Translations under genes and position numbers: made by a program
Assembly: GCA_964482725.1 (NCBI GenBank)
Contig: CAYZYT010000010.1
Location: 15,794-79,793 of the forward strand
From: an uncultured bacterium
GTDB lineage: Bacteria; Omnitrophota; Omnitrophia; Omnitrophales; Aquincolibacteriaceae
DNA: 64,000 nucleotides
Direction of reading: 5' to 3'
Notes under the pieces: model-generated
The model's input: only the letters and a program-made list of their open reading frames with translations
What the model was told of the DNA's origin: nothing
Databases searched by the model: none
Part shown: positions 38,359 through 48,518 of the stretch, in pieces
Position numbering within the stretch: position 1 is the stretch's first letter
How the letters are laid out: each line of letters starts with the position of its first letter

Positions 38359-39669
38359 ATGATCTCTCGTTACTCGCGCCAGGAAATGGCGAAGATCTGG
38401 ACGGAAGAAAACAAGCTCCAAAAGTGGCTTGAGGTGGAACTGGCCGCGCTTGAGGGGCTCGCACGGTACGGCTATATCCCCAAAGATGTTCCTGCCAAAG
38501 TTCGCGCCCGCGCGAAATTCGATGTTGAGCGCGTTAAAGAAATCGAGAAGGTCTGCAATCATGACGTTATCGCGTTTCTGACCAATGTTGCCGAGCACGT
38601 TGGCCCTGTGGGGCGCTATGTTCACTTTGGTCTGACCTCCTCAGATATCTTGGATACGGGCCTTTCGCTCCAGGTTCAGGAAGCCTCGGATATCCTTATC
38701 CGTGAGCTGAAAAAACTAATCTCACTGCTCGGCAAAAAAGCCAGAGAGCATGCCCAGACCCTGATGGTCGGCCGCTCGCATGGCGTCCACGCTGAACCTA
38801 TCACTTTTGGTCTTAAGATGGCGCTTTTCCATGCCGCGTGCGAACGCGGTCTCGTGCGCCTTGAAGCGGCCAAAGAAAATCTTCGCTATGGCAAGATCTC
38901 CGGAGCGGTCGGAACTTTCGCAAATGTGGATCCCAAAGTGGAAGAATTTGTATGCAAGAAGCTCGGGCTGAGCCCGGCTCCGGTTTCGACGCAAGTCCTT
39001 CAGCGCGACCGCCATGCGGAATTTCTTTCGGCGATCGCGATCGTCGGGGGGTCGCTCGAGCAGCTTGCGACCGAGATCCGGGGTTTGCAGAAAACCGAGA
39101 CCTTTGAAGTCCAGGAGTTTTTCTCCAAAGGCCAAAAAGGTTCTTCGGCCATGCCGCACAAGCGCAATCCGATCACGTGCGAACGCGTGGCGGGACTTTC
39201 ACGCATCCTTCGTGGAAACGCGCTAGCGGGTTTTGAGAATATCGCTCTCTGGCATGAGCGGGACATTACCCATTCTTCTGTGGAACGCGTTATTTTTCCT
39301 GACAGCACGATCCTCTTGGATTACATGCTCGGACTCATGCAGAACGTCATCGAGAACCTGGTGGTCAATAAAGACCGGATGCTCAAGAATCTGGAGCTAA
39401 GTCGAGGAATGGTTTTTTCTCAGGGGTTACTCCTTGAACTTGTGGAAAAGGGCCTGACGCGGGAGGATGGTTACAAGCTTGTGCAGGACGCGGCCAAGAA
39501 ACTTTGGGAAGATGAAAAGCTTCAGCTGGAACAAGTGGTGTTGAAAGACGAAAAGATCTTAAAAATTCTGACGCCCAAAGAAATCCGTTCGGTCTTCAGC
39601 TATGACAGGCACCTTAAGAATGTTCCGGTTATCCTGAAACGCGCCGGGATTCTCTCATCCTCTAAATAA
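38359..39669 (+). CDS. purB: Adenylosuccinate lyase
   Basis: H.GLTSSD, GRSHGVHAEP, GSSAMPHKRNP. Confidence 0.97.
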   Translation: MISRYSRQEMAKIWTEENKLQKWLEVELAALEGLARYGYIPKDVPAKVRARAKFDVERVKEIEKVCNHDVIAFLTNVAEHVGPVGRYVHFGLTSSDILDTGLSLQVQEASDILIRELKKLISLLGKKAREHAQTLMVGRSHGVHAEPITFGLKMALFHAACERGLVRLEAAKENLRYGKISGAVGTFANVDPKVEEFVCKKLGLSPAPVSTQVLQRDRHAEFLSAIAIVGGSLEQLATEIRGLQKTETFEVQEFFSKGQKGSSAMPHKRNPITCERVAGLSRILRGNALAGFENIALWHERDITHSSVERVIFPDSTILLDYMLGLMQNVIENLVVNKDRMLKNLELSRGMVFSQGLLLELVEKGLTREDGYKLVQDAAKKLWEDEKLQLEQVVLKDEKILKILTPKEIRSVFSYDRHLKNVPVILKRAGILSSSK

Positions 39670-39680
39670 GGGAGCTCAAT

Positions 39681-40607
39681 ATGGTCAGCGATCTTGATAG
39701 GAACGACGCAATCCTCGAAACGCATTTGCCGCTCCCGCGCGTTGCGGTGGGAAAAGTTCGGGACATCTATAGTGTGGGCGCCGATAAACTTTTGATCGTG
39801 ACCACAGACCGGTTAAGCGCTTTTGACGTGGTGATGCCGGATCCCATCCCGATGAAGGGGAAAGTGCTCAATCAGATCACGCTTTTCTGGATGGAACATT
39901 TCAAGGATATCCTGCCGCAGCATTTGATCACGGCCAATGTGGATGCGATGGGCCTGCCGGCGGAGGTTGTGAAAAACTTTCGTCATGAACTCGAGGGGCG
40001 TGCGGTACTTGTTAGAAAAGCAGCACCGCTCGAGATTGAGTGCGTGGTGCGCGGCTATATTACGGGTTCGGGGTGGAAGGATTATTTAAAGACCGGTAAG
40101 GTTTGCGGGCACACACTGCCGGCAGGCCTCAAACAATGCCAGAAGTTCCCGGAGCCGCTTTTTACTCCGTCTACGAAGGCGAAGGTCGGGCACGACATCA
40201 ACATTGATTTCAGCGAAGCGATCCGGATCGTGGGGAAGGACATCGCCCAGCAGGCGAAGGACCTTTCCATCCTTCTATACAAGAAAGGCCAGGAATATGC
40301 GGCGTCGAAAGGGATCATTATTGCGGATACGAAATTTGAATTCGGCATCTATGACGGAAAGATGATGCTGATCGATGAGATTCTGACACCTGACAGTTCT
40401 AGGTTTTGGCCAGCCGGCCAGTATGAGACCGGTCATGACCAGCCGAGTTTTGATAAGCAGATCGTTCGGAATTATCTCGAGACGCTCTCGTGGGACAAAC
40501 GTCCTCCCGCGCCGGAACTCCCGGGGGATATCATCGAAAAGACAACCGAAGCTTATTGCGAGATTTTTAAACGCCTATCCGGAAAAGATATCCGTAGCCA
40601 AAAGTAA
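39681..40607 (+). CDS. purC: SAICAR synthetase
   Basis: GKVRDIY, DRLSAFD, ECVVRGY, DTKFEFG, DEILTPDSSRFW. Confidence 0.97.
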   Translation: MVSDLDRNDAILETHLPLPRVAVGKVRDIYSVGADKLLIVTTDRLSAFDVVMPDPIPMKGKVLNQITLFWMEHFKDILPQHLITANVDAMGLPAEVVKNFRHELEGRAVLVRKAAPLEIECVVRGYITGSGWKDYLKTGKVCGHTLPAGLKQCQKFPEPLFTPSTKAKVGHDINIDFSEAIRIVGKDIAQQAKDLSILLYKKGQEYAASKGIIIADTKFEFGIYDGKMMLIDEILTPDSSRFWPAGQYETGHDQPSFDKQIVRNYLETLSWDKRPPAPELPGDIIEKTTEAYCEIFKRLSGKDIRSQK

Positions 40608-40770
40608 GTAGTGCCGAGTCATGGCAATGGTTACGAGACCCGTATCGGTTAGGGGCATGGTGACGTAACCCTGGCCGAAAGACGAAACGGGCATCGTTGC
40701 CGTCGCCGGAAGACATAACCAAGACAAACACAGATTTGTTTCGAATTTTTAAAAGAAGGGTTTAAAAATC

Positions 40771-41025
40771 ATGAAATTTAAAGCCACCATTCATACCAGT
40801 TTAAAAAAGTCAGTGTTGGATCCCCAAGGGCAAACGACGCTTCACGCGCTCGAGTCCATGGGGTTTAAAGAGGCGAAGAGCCTGAGGATCGGGAAGTATT
40901 TCGAGCTTGTTCTTGAAGCGGACGATTGCGCGAAGGCTAAAGAAAGCATTCATGTCATGTGCGACAAGCTGCTTCATAATCCTGTCATTGAAGAGTATTC
41001 GTTCGAAATTCAAGAAGCGCTCTAG
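40771..41025 (+). CDS. purS: FGAM synthase subunit PurS
   Basis: VLDPQG, RIGK, LL.NPVIE. Confidence 0.95.
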   Translation: MKFKATIHTSLKKSVLDPQGQTTLHALESMGFKEAKSLRIGKYFELVLEADDCAKAKESIHVMCDKLLHNPVIEEYSFEIQEAL

Positions 41026-41114
41026 CTTTTTTAAAAAATATAGACCGCTAGGATTTTTCTGGTTTTCTGTTGGTCGTTGATATTTAAAATCAAGTTTTGC
41101 TATCCTAACTTAAA

Positions 41115-41181
41115 AGCGTAGGGCGGGTAACGAAGATCGGGGAACGAGTTGCGTTCCGCGCTCAACGTTTCCCGTTCCTCG
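41115..41181. repeat. Inverted arrays of degenerate 7-bp CG-phased repeats
   Basis: agcgtag ggcgggt aacgaag atcgggg aacgagt / cgttccg cgctcaa cgtttcc cgttcct cg. Confidence 0.6.
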
Positions 41182-41193
41182 AGGTGTTTGATC

Positions 41194-41883
41194 ATGAAAG
41201 CCGCGGTCATTGTTTTCCCGGGTTCTAATTGCGATACGGATTGTTTTCACGCGCTTAAAGATGTCGTCAAAGTGCCCGTGGAATATGTCTGGCACAAGGA
41301 GAGGACCCTTCCCAAGGTGGATCTGGTGGTTATCCCGGGGGGGTTCAGCTACGGTGATTATCTCAGGACCGGAGCGATCGCGCGTTTTTCGCCGGTTATG
41401 GAATCCGTGATCAAGCATGCCAACGAAGGGCGTGCCGTGATCGGGATCTGCAACGGGTTTCAGATCCTTCTGGAAGCCGGACTTTTGCCGGGCGCGATGC
41501 TCAGGAATAAGACGCTGGAATTTGTTTGTAAACATGCCTGGATACGCACGGAAGAGAATCTGACGATTTTTACCGGCCAGATGGAGCCGGGAGAGACGCT
41601 TTGCGTTCCCATAGCACACGGTGAAGGGAATTATTATTGCGATGAGGATACGCTGAAATCTTTGCATGACCACTCGCAAGTCGTTTTCCGTTATTCGTCC
41701 GAAGACGGAAAACTCGGGGAAGAGTTCAACCCGAACGGTTCCAAAGACCATATCGCGGGTATCGTGAACAAGAAAAAGAATGTTTTGGGCATGATGCCGC
41801 ATCCGGAGCGGTCGAGTGAGGACATCCTTGGTTCTTCCGACGGACGCAAGATCTTCGAAAGTATTTTAAACGCACTGGAATAA
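41194..41883 (+). CDS. purQ: FGAM synthase glutaminase subunit
   Basis: [32 protein letters not shown]; GAGGTG SD before ATG 41194. Confidence 0.96.
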   Translation: MKAAVIVFPGSNCDTDCFHALKDVVKVPVEYVWHKERTLPKVDLVVIPGGFSYGDYLRTGAIARFSPVMESVIKHANEGRAVIGICNGFQILLEAGLLPGAMLRNKTLEFVCKHAWIRTEENLTIFTGQMEPGETLCVPIAHGEGNYYCDEDTLKSLHDHSQVVFRYSSEDGKLGEEFNPNGSKDHIAGIVNKKKNVLGMMPHPERSSEDILGSSDGRKIFESILNALE

Positions 41884-44154
41884 ATGATGGCAACACTCAA
41901 TTCGACAACCCCTATCACTTCGGAATTGGTCGCGGCGCACGGGATCACCCCGGAAGAGTACCAGCATATCCGGGACATTCTCGGCCGGGACCCTAACATC
42001 ACGGAACTCGGGATGTTCAGTGTGATGTGGAGTGAGCATTGCTCTTATAAGAACTCCAAGTCCATCCTCAAGCTTTTTTCTAAGATGAATGCGGAACTGC
42101 CGCGTCAGGAACATCTTCTCGTGAAGCCGGGGACTGAGAACGCCGGGATCGTGGATATCGGCGACGGCTATGCGGTGTGTTTCAAGATTGAGAGCCATAA
42201 CCATCCTTCGGCGATCGAGCCTTTTCAGGGCGCCGCGACGGGCGTGGGAGGCATTCTCCGGGATATTTTTACGATGGGCGCACGGCCGATCCTTATCATG
42301 AATTCTCTTCGATTTGGGGATCTCGCGCAATCGGTGAGTCAGCGGCTTTTTCGCGGCGTGGTTGCCGGGATCGCACATTACGGTAATTGCATGGGGATAC
42401 CGACGATCGGCGGCGATATCTATTTTGACGCTTCTTATGAGGGGAATCCCCTCGTGAACGCGATGGCGCTCGGGCTCATCAAAAAAGACGAGATCGTGCG
42501 CGGAGCGGCACACGGCATCGGCAATCCTGTTTACTACGTGGGAGCCACGACGGGTCGCGACGGACTCGGGGGCGCGGCCTTTGCTTCCAAAGAACTCTCG
42601 GAACAAAGTCATGAGGATCGTCCTGCCGTGCAAGTGGGGGATCCCTTTATGGAAAAACTTTTGATGGAAGCGTGTTTGGAACTTCTTCGGACCGACGCAC
42701 TGGTCGGGATGCAGGATATGGGCGCTGCGGGGTTGACCTGTGCCGGTTGCGAGACCGCGTCCCGCGCGAGCACCGGGGTTGAGATCGACCTCGCCAAAGT
42801 GCCGCGGCGTGAACCCGGCATGACCCCTTATGAAACCTTGCTCTCAGAATCACAGGAGCGCATGTTGGTCATTGTCAAAAAAGGAAAAGAAAAAGAGGTT
42901 GAGGATATTTTTAAGAAGTGGGACCTTCACGCTGTGAAGATCGGGGAGGTCACTCGGGGGGACAAATATCGCGTGTTGGACGGAGGCAAGATGGCCGCGG
43001 AGATCCCGGCAAAGGCCCTAGCCGATGACGGCCCTGTCTATACTCGCGAAGAAGAAAAACCGGTCTATCTCGCCGAAGCGCAGAAACTGGATCTGGCAAC
43101 TATTACCGAACCCCAGGATTTTAGCGCCGTGCTCAAGCGGTTGCTCTCCCATCCTTCGATCGCTTCCAAGGCCTGGGTTTGGCAGCAGTATGACCACATG
43201 GTCCGAACGGACACTGTTTTTTATCCGGGGCATGATGCCGCGCTGATCCGTATCAAGGGAACGCAAAAAGGGATTGCGGTCTCAACCGATTGCAACAGCC
43301 TTTATGTTTATCTTGATCCGTTCGAGGGCGGGAAGATCGCGGTCGCGGAAGCGGCGCGTAACGTCGTTTGTTCCGGCGCCCGGCCGATCGGGGTGACGAA
43401 CTGTCTTAATTTCGGTAATCCCATGAAGCCGGAGATCTTTTGGCAATTTCATAGCGCGGTGTCCGGGATCATCGAATCCTGCAAGGCTCTTGAGGTTCCG
43501 GTGACCGGCGGGAATGTTAGCTTCTATAATGAGAGCCCGCAAGGCGCCATCTATCCGACGCCCACGATCGGCATGGTCGGTCTTTTAGAGAATATCGAAA
43601 AGCGCGTTCCTTCGGCATTTCGAAATGCGGGTGATATTATTTTCCTTGCGGGGGAAACTTTTAACGAGCTTGGCGGGAGTCATTACCTGATGATCGAACA
43701 CGGCTTGAAGCAGGGGTTGCCGCCGCGGCTTGATCTCGCGCGTGAAAAAGCGCTCCATCAATTCATCCTTGCCGCCGCGGACGGAAAAAAGCTCGCCTCG
43801 TGTCACGATCTTTCCGAAGGGGGTCTTGCGGTCGCGCTTGCCGAATGTTGCATCAAAAGCGCTGGGGGCTTGGGAGCTGGAGTGATGGATCTTGACGCTG
43901 TAATGAAAGGCCAGAAAAACCTTCGTGCAGACGCGCTTTATTTCGGCGAGAGCCAATCGCGCGTGGTGATCTCGGTCAAGCCCGAGCATCAAAAAGATAT
44001 TAAGACTTTGGCTCAGAAACAGGGAGTGCCTCTGTTTGAGATCGGGAAAGTGGGCGGGGATGCGCTCATCCTGGGAGATCGGGTCCGGTTGATGGTCGGG
44101 GACATGGTGAATCTTTTCGAAAATAGGATCCCCAACATTATGGAGCTTAAATAA
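41884..44154 (+). CDS. purL: FGAM synthase subunit PurL
   Basis: [46 protein letters not shown]. Confidence 0.97.
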   Translation: MMATLNSTTPITSELVAAHGITPEEYQHIRDILGRDPNITELGMFSVMWSEHCSYKNSKSILKLFSKMNAELPRQEHLLVKPGTENAGIVDIGDGYAVCFKIESHNHPSAIEPFQGAATGVGGILRDIFTMGARPILIMNSLRFGDLAQSVSQRLFRGVVAGIAHYGNCMGIPTIGGDIYFDASYEGNPLVNAMALGLIKKDEIVRGAAHGIGNPVYYVGATTGRDGLGGAAFASKELSEQSHEDRPAVQVGDPFMEKLLMEACLELLRTDALVGMQDMGAAGLTCAGCETASRASTGVEIDLAKVPRREPGMTPYETLLSESQERMLVIVKKGKEKEVEDIFKKWDLHAVKIGEVTRGDKYRVLDGGKMAAEIPAKALADDGPVYTREEEKPVYLAEAQKLDLATITEPQDFSAVLKRLLSHPSIASKAWVWQQYDHMVRTDTVFYPGHDAALIRIKGTQKGIAVSTDCNSLYVYLDPFEGGKIAVAEAARNVVCSGARPIGVTNCLNFGNPMKPEIFWQFHSAVSGIIESCKALEVPVTGGNVSFYNESPQGAIYPTPTIGMVGLLENIEKRVPSAFRNAGDIIFLAGETFNELGGSHYLMIEHGLKQGLPPRLDLAREKALHQFILAAADGKKLASCHDLSEGGLAVALAECCIKSAGGLGAGVMDLDAVMKGQKNLRADALYFGESQSRVVISVKPEHQKDIKTLAQKQGVPLFEIGKVGGDALILGDRVRLMVGDMVNLFENRIPNIMELK

Positions 44155-45575
44155 TGGGCGGCGAAAACATTAAGCATCATTGTGGCATCTTCGGTATTTA
44201 CAATCATCCCCATGCGGCGCGTATCACGCAGCTGGGGCTTTTCGCACTTCAGCACCGGGGCGAAGAAGCGGCCGGGATCTGCACAAGTGACAGCTCAGAC
44301 CTTTATCTTGTCAAAAAAATGGGGCATGTGGGGGAGGCCTTCGATGAGGAGTCCTTTGCTCAGCTTCCCGGTAAGAATGCCATCGGGCATGTTCGCTATT
44401 CCACGACCGGAGCCTCGACGCTTTTGAACGCCCAGCCTTGTAAGGTCGATTATTCACGCGGGCAGATCGCGATCGCGCATAACGGGAACCTTGTGAACGC
44501 GCAGATCCTTCGCGCGGAGTTGGAGGCGTACGGCTCTATTTTTGGGAGCACGATCGATTCGGAGGTCTTTGTGCATATGATCGCTAAGCCCTCCTATCGT
44601 TCTCATGAAGAAGGCGTGATTGGGGCGACGAAGCGTGCGAAAGGAGCTTTCAGCTTGGTGCTTCTGACCGAGGATCACTTGTTTGGAGTTCGCGACCCGC
44701 ATGGGTTCCGTCCGCTCTGCCTTGGGAAATTAGGCAACAGCTATGTGCTCGCGTCCGAGACCTGTGCGTTCGATCTTATTGAGGCGGAATTTATCCGCGA
44801 GATCGAGCCGGGCGAGATCGTCGTGATTGATAGCAAGGGGATCCGCAGCCATTTTCCTTTTAAAGATGAAAAGATCAGTAAGGCTCAGTGCATTTTTGAG
44901 CACGTCTATTTCGCCCGGCCGGATTCCAATATTTTCCACGATAGTGTGGGGCTTGTGCGCGAAAAATTGGGTCGTCAGCTTGCCAAAGAGCATCCCGTTG
45001 ACGCGGATATCGTGATCCCGGTGCCGGACTCCGGCAGTTTCGCGGCTTTGGGCTTTTCGAGGGAATCGGGGATCCCTTTTTCGCATGGATTTATCCGAAA
45101 TCACTACATCGGACGCACTTTTCTCAGTCCGTCGGAGGCGGGGCGTATCCTTAAAGTAAAGATCAAATTGAACCCGATCCGCCCCGTCGTGGACGGCAAG
45201 CGCGTGATCGTGGTGGATGATTCGATCGTGCGCGGGAACACGGCGAAGAACCGGGTGAAACTTTTGAGGAGTGCGGGCGCCAAAGAAGTTCATATGCGGA
45301 TCAGCTGTCCGCCGCATATTTCGCCCTGTTTTTACGGGATCGATTTTCCCTCCAAGAAAGAGCTTTTGGCCTCCAATAAGACCCTCGATGAGATCACGAA
45401 GTTTCTTAATGTGGATTCGCTCGGATACCTGAGTCTTGAGGGGATGCTCGGGGCGACCACGCAAGATCCCAAAGATTTTTGCGCGGCATGTTTTAGCGGA
45501 AAATATCCGACCAAGATCTATGATGCAGACGACAAGTATAAACTCGAGCACAAAAGGAATTGCTGCAAGATATGA
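44154..45575 (+). CDS. purF: Amidophosphoribosyltransferase
   Basis: Propeptide then CGIFG, QHRG, GHVRYST, VDDSIVRG, Fe-S cysteines. Confidence 0.97.
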   Translation: MGGENIKHHCGIFGIYNHPHAARITQLGLFALQHRGEEAAGICTSDSSDLYLVKKMGHVGEAFDEESFAQLPGKNAIGHVRYSTTGASTLLNAQPCKVDYSRGQIAIAHNGNLVNAQILRAELEAYGSIFGSTIDSEVFVHMIAKPSYRSHEEGVIGATKRAKGAFSLVLLTEDHLFGVRDPHGFRPLCLGKLGNSYVLASETCAFDLIEAEFIREIEPGEIVVIDSKGIRSHFPFKDEKISKAQCIFEHVYFARPDSNIFHDSVGLVREKLGRQLAKEHPVDADIVIPVPDSGSFAALGFSRESGIPFSHGFIRNHYIGRTFLSPSEAGRILKVKIKLNPIRPVVDGKRVIVVDDSIVRGNTAKNRVKLLRSAGAKEVHMRISCPPHISPCFYGIDFPSKKELLASNKTLDEITKFLNVDSLGYLSLEGMLGATTQDPKDFCAACFSGKYPTKIYDADDKYKLEHKRNCCKI

Positions 45576-46591
45576 GCGCCTGGACTTATGAAAAGGCGGG
45601 AGTGCCGCACCTGAAAGGCGATCCTGCGTACAACCGGAAGATTTCAGGTCTCATCCGTTCGACCCATACGCCCGGAGTTTGCGGCGACACGCTGGGGTTT
45701 GCCTCCCTTTTTGATCTCAAGAAGACCGGTATCAAGGACCCTTTGCTTGTGGCCTCGACCGATGGGGTGGGGACCAAGCTGGAACTCGCGCGACTCCTTG
45801 GGAAACACGACACGATCGGGATCGATCTTGTCGCTATGTGTGTGAACGATCTCATTACTTCCGGAGCGCGCCCGCTTTTCTTTCTGGATTATTACGCTGC
45901 CGGGAAATTCCAGACGGATGTGATCGGCGAGGTCTTAAAAGGCGTCACCGAAGGTTGCCGGCAGTCGGGCTGCGCGCTGGTGGGCGGCGAGACGGCCATC
46001 ATGCCGGGATTTTACACGGACAAGAGGACGGCGCTCGCGGCCCAATATGATGTTGCGGGATTCTCTGTCGGTGCGGTGGACCGTAAGAAGGTAGTGACTG
46101 GGAAGAAGATCAAATCGGGGGATATCATTCTTGGCATTCAATCCTCTGGATTCCATTCGAACGGGTATTCTCTTATCAGGAAGATCTTTTCTGAAAAAGA
46201 GCTTCGCGGTCCCGTAGGACGAAAGCTTTTGACCCCGACGATTCTCTATGTGAAATCGATTCTGGCGCTTGTGAAAAAATTGCCAGTGAACGGGATCGTT
46301 AATATCACGGGCGGCGGTTTTTACGACAATTTGCCGCGTGTGATTCCCCAAGGCCTGGGGGCCCAGATCGATCGCAATGCGTGGAAAGTCCCCGAGATCT
46401 TCCGCGTCGCGCAAAAGGCCGGGGGTATCTCCGATCATGAAATGTACAAAACCTTCAATATGGGCGTCGGGATGGTGGTGATCCTCGGGAAACGGCACGT
46501 TCTTCCCGCGCAAAAGATCCTGAAGCGTTTTAAACTGAATTCCTGGGCGATTGGACAGATTACAAAACGAATCGGGGTCACGGTCTCATGA
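45572..46591 (+). CDS. purM: AIR synthetase
   Basis: TDGVGTK, DLVAMCVND, GGETA.MPG, SSG.HSNG.S, TFNMGVG. Confidence 0.97.
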   Translation: MSAWTYEKAGVPHLKGDPAYNRKISGLIRSTHTPGVCGDTLGFASLFDLKKTGIKDPLLVASTDGVGTKLELARLLGKHDTIGIDLVAMCVNDLITSGARPLFFLDYYAAGKFQTDVIGEVLKGVTEGCRQSGCALVGGETAIMPGFYTDKRTALAAQYDVAGFSVGAVDRKKVVTGKKIKSGDIILGIQSSGFHSNGYSLIRKIFSEKELRGPVGRKLLTPTILYVKSILALVKKLPVNGIVNITGGGFYDNLPRVIPQGLGAQIDRNAWKVPEIFRVAQKAGGISDHEMYKTFNMGVGMVVILGKRHVLPAQKILKRFKLNSWAIGQITKRIGVTVS

Positions 46592-47871
46592 AAGTCCTTT
46601 TGATCGGCTCCGGAGGCAGAGAACACGCGCTTGCGTGGAAGATCTCGCAAAGCCCTCTTCTGACAAAAATTTATGCGGCTCCGGGGAATGCCGGGATCAG
46701 CCAGCATGCCGAATGTGTTCCTATCGCGTCAGATAATTTGAGCGGCCTCCTGGAATTTGCGCTTCGTGAAAAGATTGATCTGACTATTGTAGGTCCCGAG
46801 GTTCCGCTTGTGGCGGGGATCGGCGATACATTCCGGGAAAATGGGTTGCTGCTCTTTGGACCTTCCAAAGAAACCGCGCTTCTGGAGGGGAGTAAGGCCT
46901 TTTCCAAGGATATCATGACAAAATATGGCGTGCCCACGGCCGGTTACGAAGTTTTTACGAACGTGATGGAGGCCAAGCATTATGTGATCGAGGCCGAAAT
47001 GCCGCTGGTGATCAAGGCGGACGGACTCGCGGCGGGTAAGGGCGTGGTGATCTGTGACAGTTCTGAACAAGCGGTTGCGACGCTGACACAAATGATGGAC
47101 GAGAAGATCTTCGGGGACGCGGGCGCCAAGGTCATCATTGAAAAAAAACTCGAAGGCGAGGAGCTTTCGATCCTGGTGCTGACGGATGGAAAAAAAATCA
47201 TTCCTTTGGCGAGCGCGCGCGATCACAAGCGGGCGTATGACCATGATCGGGGTCCCAATACGGGCGGCATGGGCGCTTTTTCACCGAGCATGAAAATTGC
47301 GGAGTCTGAGATCGGCGGCATTATCGATATCGCGGTGCGCCCGATCCTTGAGGGCATGGCCCGGGACGGGATGCCTTATCGGGGCGTCCTTTATGCGGGA
47401 ATCATGCTGACCAAGGACGGGCCGTTCGTCCTCGAATATAATTGCCGGTTCGGGGATCCCGAGACCGAGGTGATCCTGCCGCGTCTTAAATCCGACCTTT
47501 TGCCGGTGATGGTGCAGATCGCCAACGGATGTTTGGACACGGAAAGTCTTGAATGGTACGACAAGGCGTGCATTACGGTTGTGATGGCCTCAGGCGGGTA
47601 TCCGGGGTCCTATGAAAAAGGCATGCCGATCCGGGGGCTTGAGACAGCGCAGGGGCAATCGGATGTGGCGGTTTTTCACGCGGGGACCGCATGGAACGCC
47701 CAAAAGCAGATCGTAACAGCCGGAGGGAGAGTTCTCGCCGTGACAGCCTGGGGCGATACGCTGAAGGCCGCCCATGACCGTGTTTATCAGGTGATCGAAA
47801 AAATTCATTTCGACGGCGGTTTTTGCCGCCGGGACATCGGTCAGAAGGCCATTGCACTGCATAGGGTCTAA
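46588..47871 (+). CDS. purD: Phosphoribosylamine-glycine ligase
   Basis: GSGGREHAL, KADGLAAGKGV, GPNTGGMGA, RFGDPE, GGRVL. Confidence 0.97.
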   Translation: MKVLLIGSGGREHALAWKISQSPLLTKIYAAPGNAGISQHAECVPIASDNLSGLLEFALREKIDLTIVGPEVPLVAGIGDTFRENGLLLFGPSKETALLEGSKAFSKDIMTKYGVPTAGYEVFTNVMEAKHYVIEAEMPLVIKADGLAAGKGVVICDSSEQAVATLTQMMDEKIFGDAGAKVIIEKKLEGEELSILVLTDGKKIIPLASARDHKRAYDHDRGPNTGGMGAFSPSMKIAESEIGGIIDIAVRPILEGMARDGMPYRGVLYAGIMLTKDGPFVLEYNCRFGDPETEVILPRLKSDLLPVMVQIANGCLDTESLEWYDKACITVVMASGGYPGSYEKGMPIRGLETAQGQSDVAVFHAGTAWNAQKQIVTAGGRVLAVTAWGDTLKAAHDRVYQVIEKIHFDGGFCRRDIGQKAIALHRV

Positions 47872-47971
47872 AACCTAGGGGTATGCGGTGCAATACGGTT
47901 CAAATTTTCATTGGAGAACAAGTGCTATTAACCCCTAAAATTCAAACAGAGAACAGTCTAGAGGTGTTGCG

Positions 47972-48475
47972 ATGAATGAACTTGTTTCGATCGTGATGGG
48001 AAGTGATTCGGATCTGGAAGTCATGCAGGAATGCGCTGACGTGCTCAAGGAATTTGGGGTCAGTTTTGAGATGCAGGTGCTCTCGGCTCATCGGACACCG
48101 ATCCTTGTCGCGGATTTCGCGACCCAAGCAACGCAAAAGGGTCTCAAGGTCCTTATCGCCGGTGCCGGCGGGGCCGCGCATTTGGCCGGGGCTGTGGCCG
48201 CGAATACGATATTGCCGGTGATCGGGGTGCCGTTGTCGGCGACTCAAATGAATGGTCTGGACGCGCTCTTGGCGACGGTTCAGATGCCGGCCGGAGTTCC
48301 GGTTGCTACGGTCGCGGTGGGAAAACCCGGCGCGCGCAATGCGGGTCTTTTGGCGGTGCAGATCCTGGCGCTTTCCGACGCGAAGCTGGCGGAAAAGCTT
48401 AGGAAATACAAAGATGCTTTGGTGGAAAGCAGCCGGGAAAAGAATAAGAAATTGCAGGAGAAGCTCAGGCAATAG
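47972..48475 (+). CDS. purE: PurE (N5-CAIR mutase / AIR carboxylase)
   Basis: MGSDSD, SAHRTP, AGAGGAAHL, QMPAGVPVATV. Confidence 0.96.
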   Translation: MNELVSIVMGSDSDLEVMQECADVLKEFGVSFEMQVLSAHRTPILVADFATQATQKGLKVLIAGAGGAAHLAGAVAANTILPVIGVPLSATQMNGLDALLATVQMPAGVPVATVAVGKPGARNAGLLAVQILALSDAKLAEKLRKYKDALVESSREKNKKLQEKLRQ

Positions 48476-48518
48476 GCGGGCTCGGGATTTATTAATAAGT
48501 GGGGGCTTTGAGCGAATC

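Noticed and set aside
40629-40712. Canonical ZTP riboswitch, or hammerhead/pistol ribozyme, in the purS leader
   Set aside because: Only fragments resemble them (GCCGTCGCC, CTG..GAAA, GGTTAGGG). The required cores (GACTGGCG with CGCCTGGG; CTGANGA; pistol P1 and AAA linker) are missing. Kept only as an unassigned structured candidate.
48252-48518. N-terminal 89 aa of ORF 48252..49592
   Set aside because: It overlaps purE in another frame. TsaC homology begins only after ~48519.
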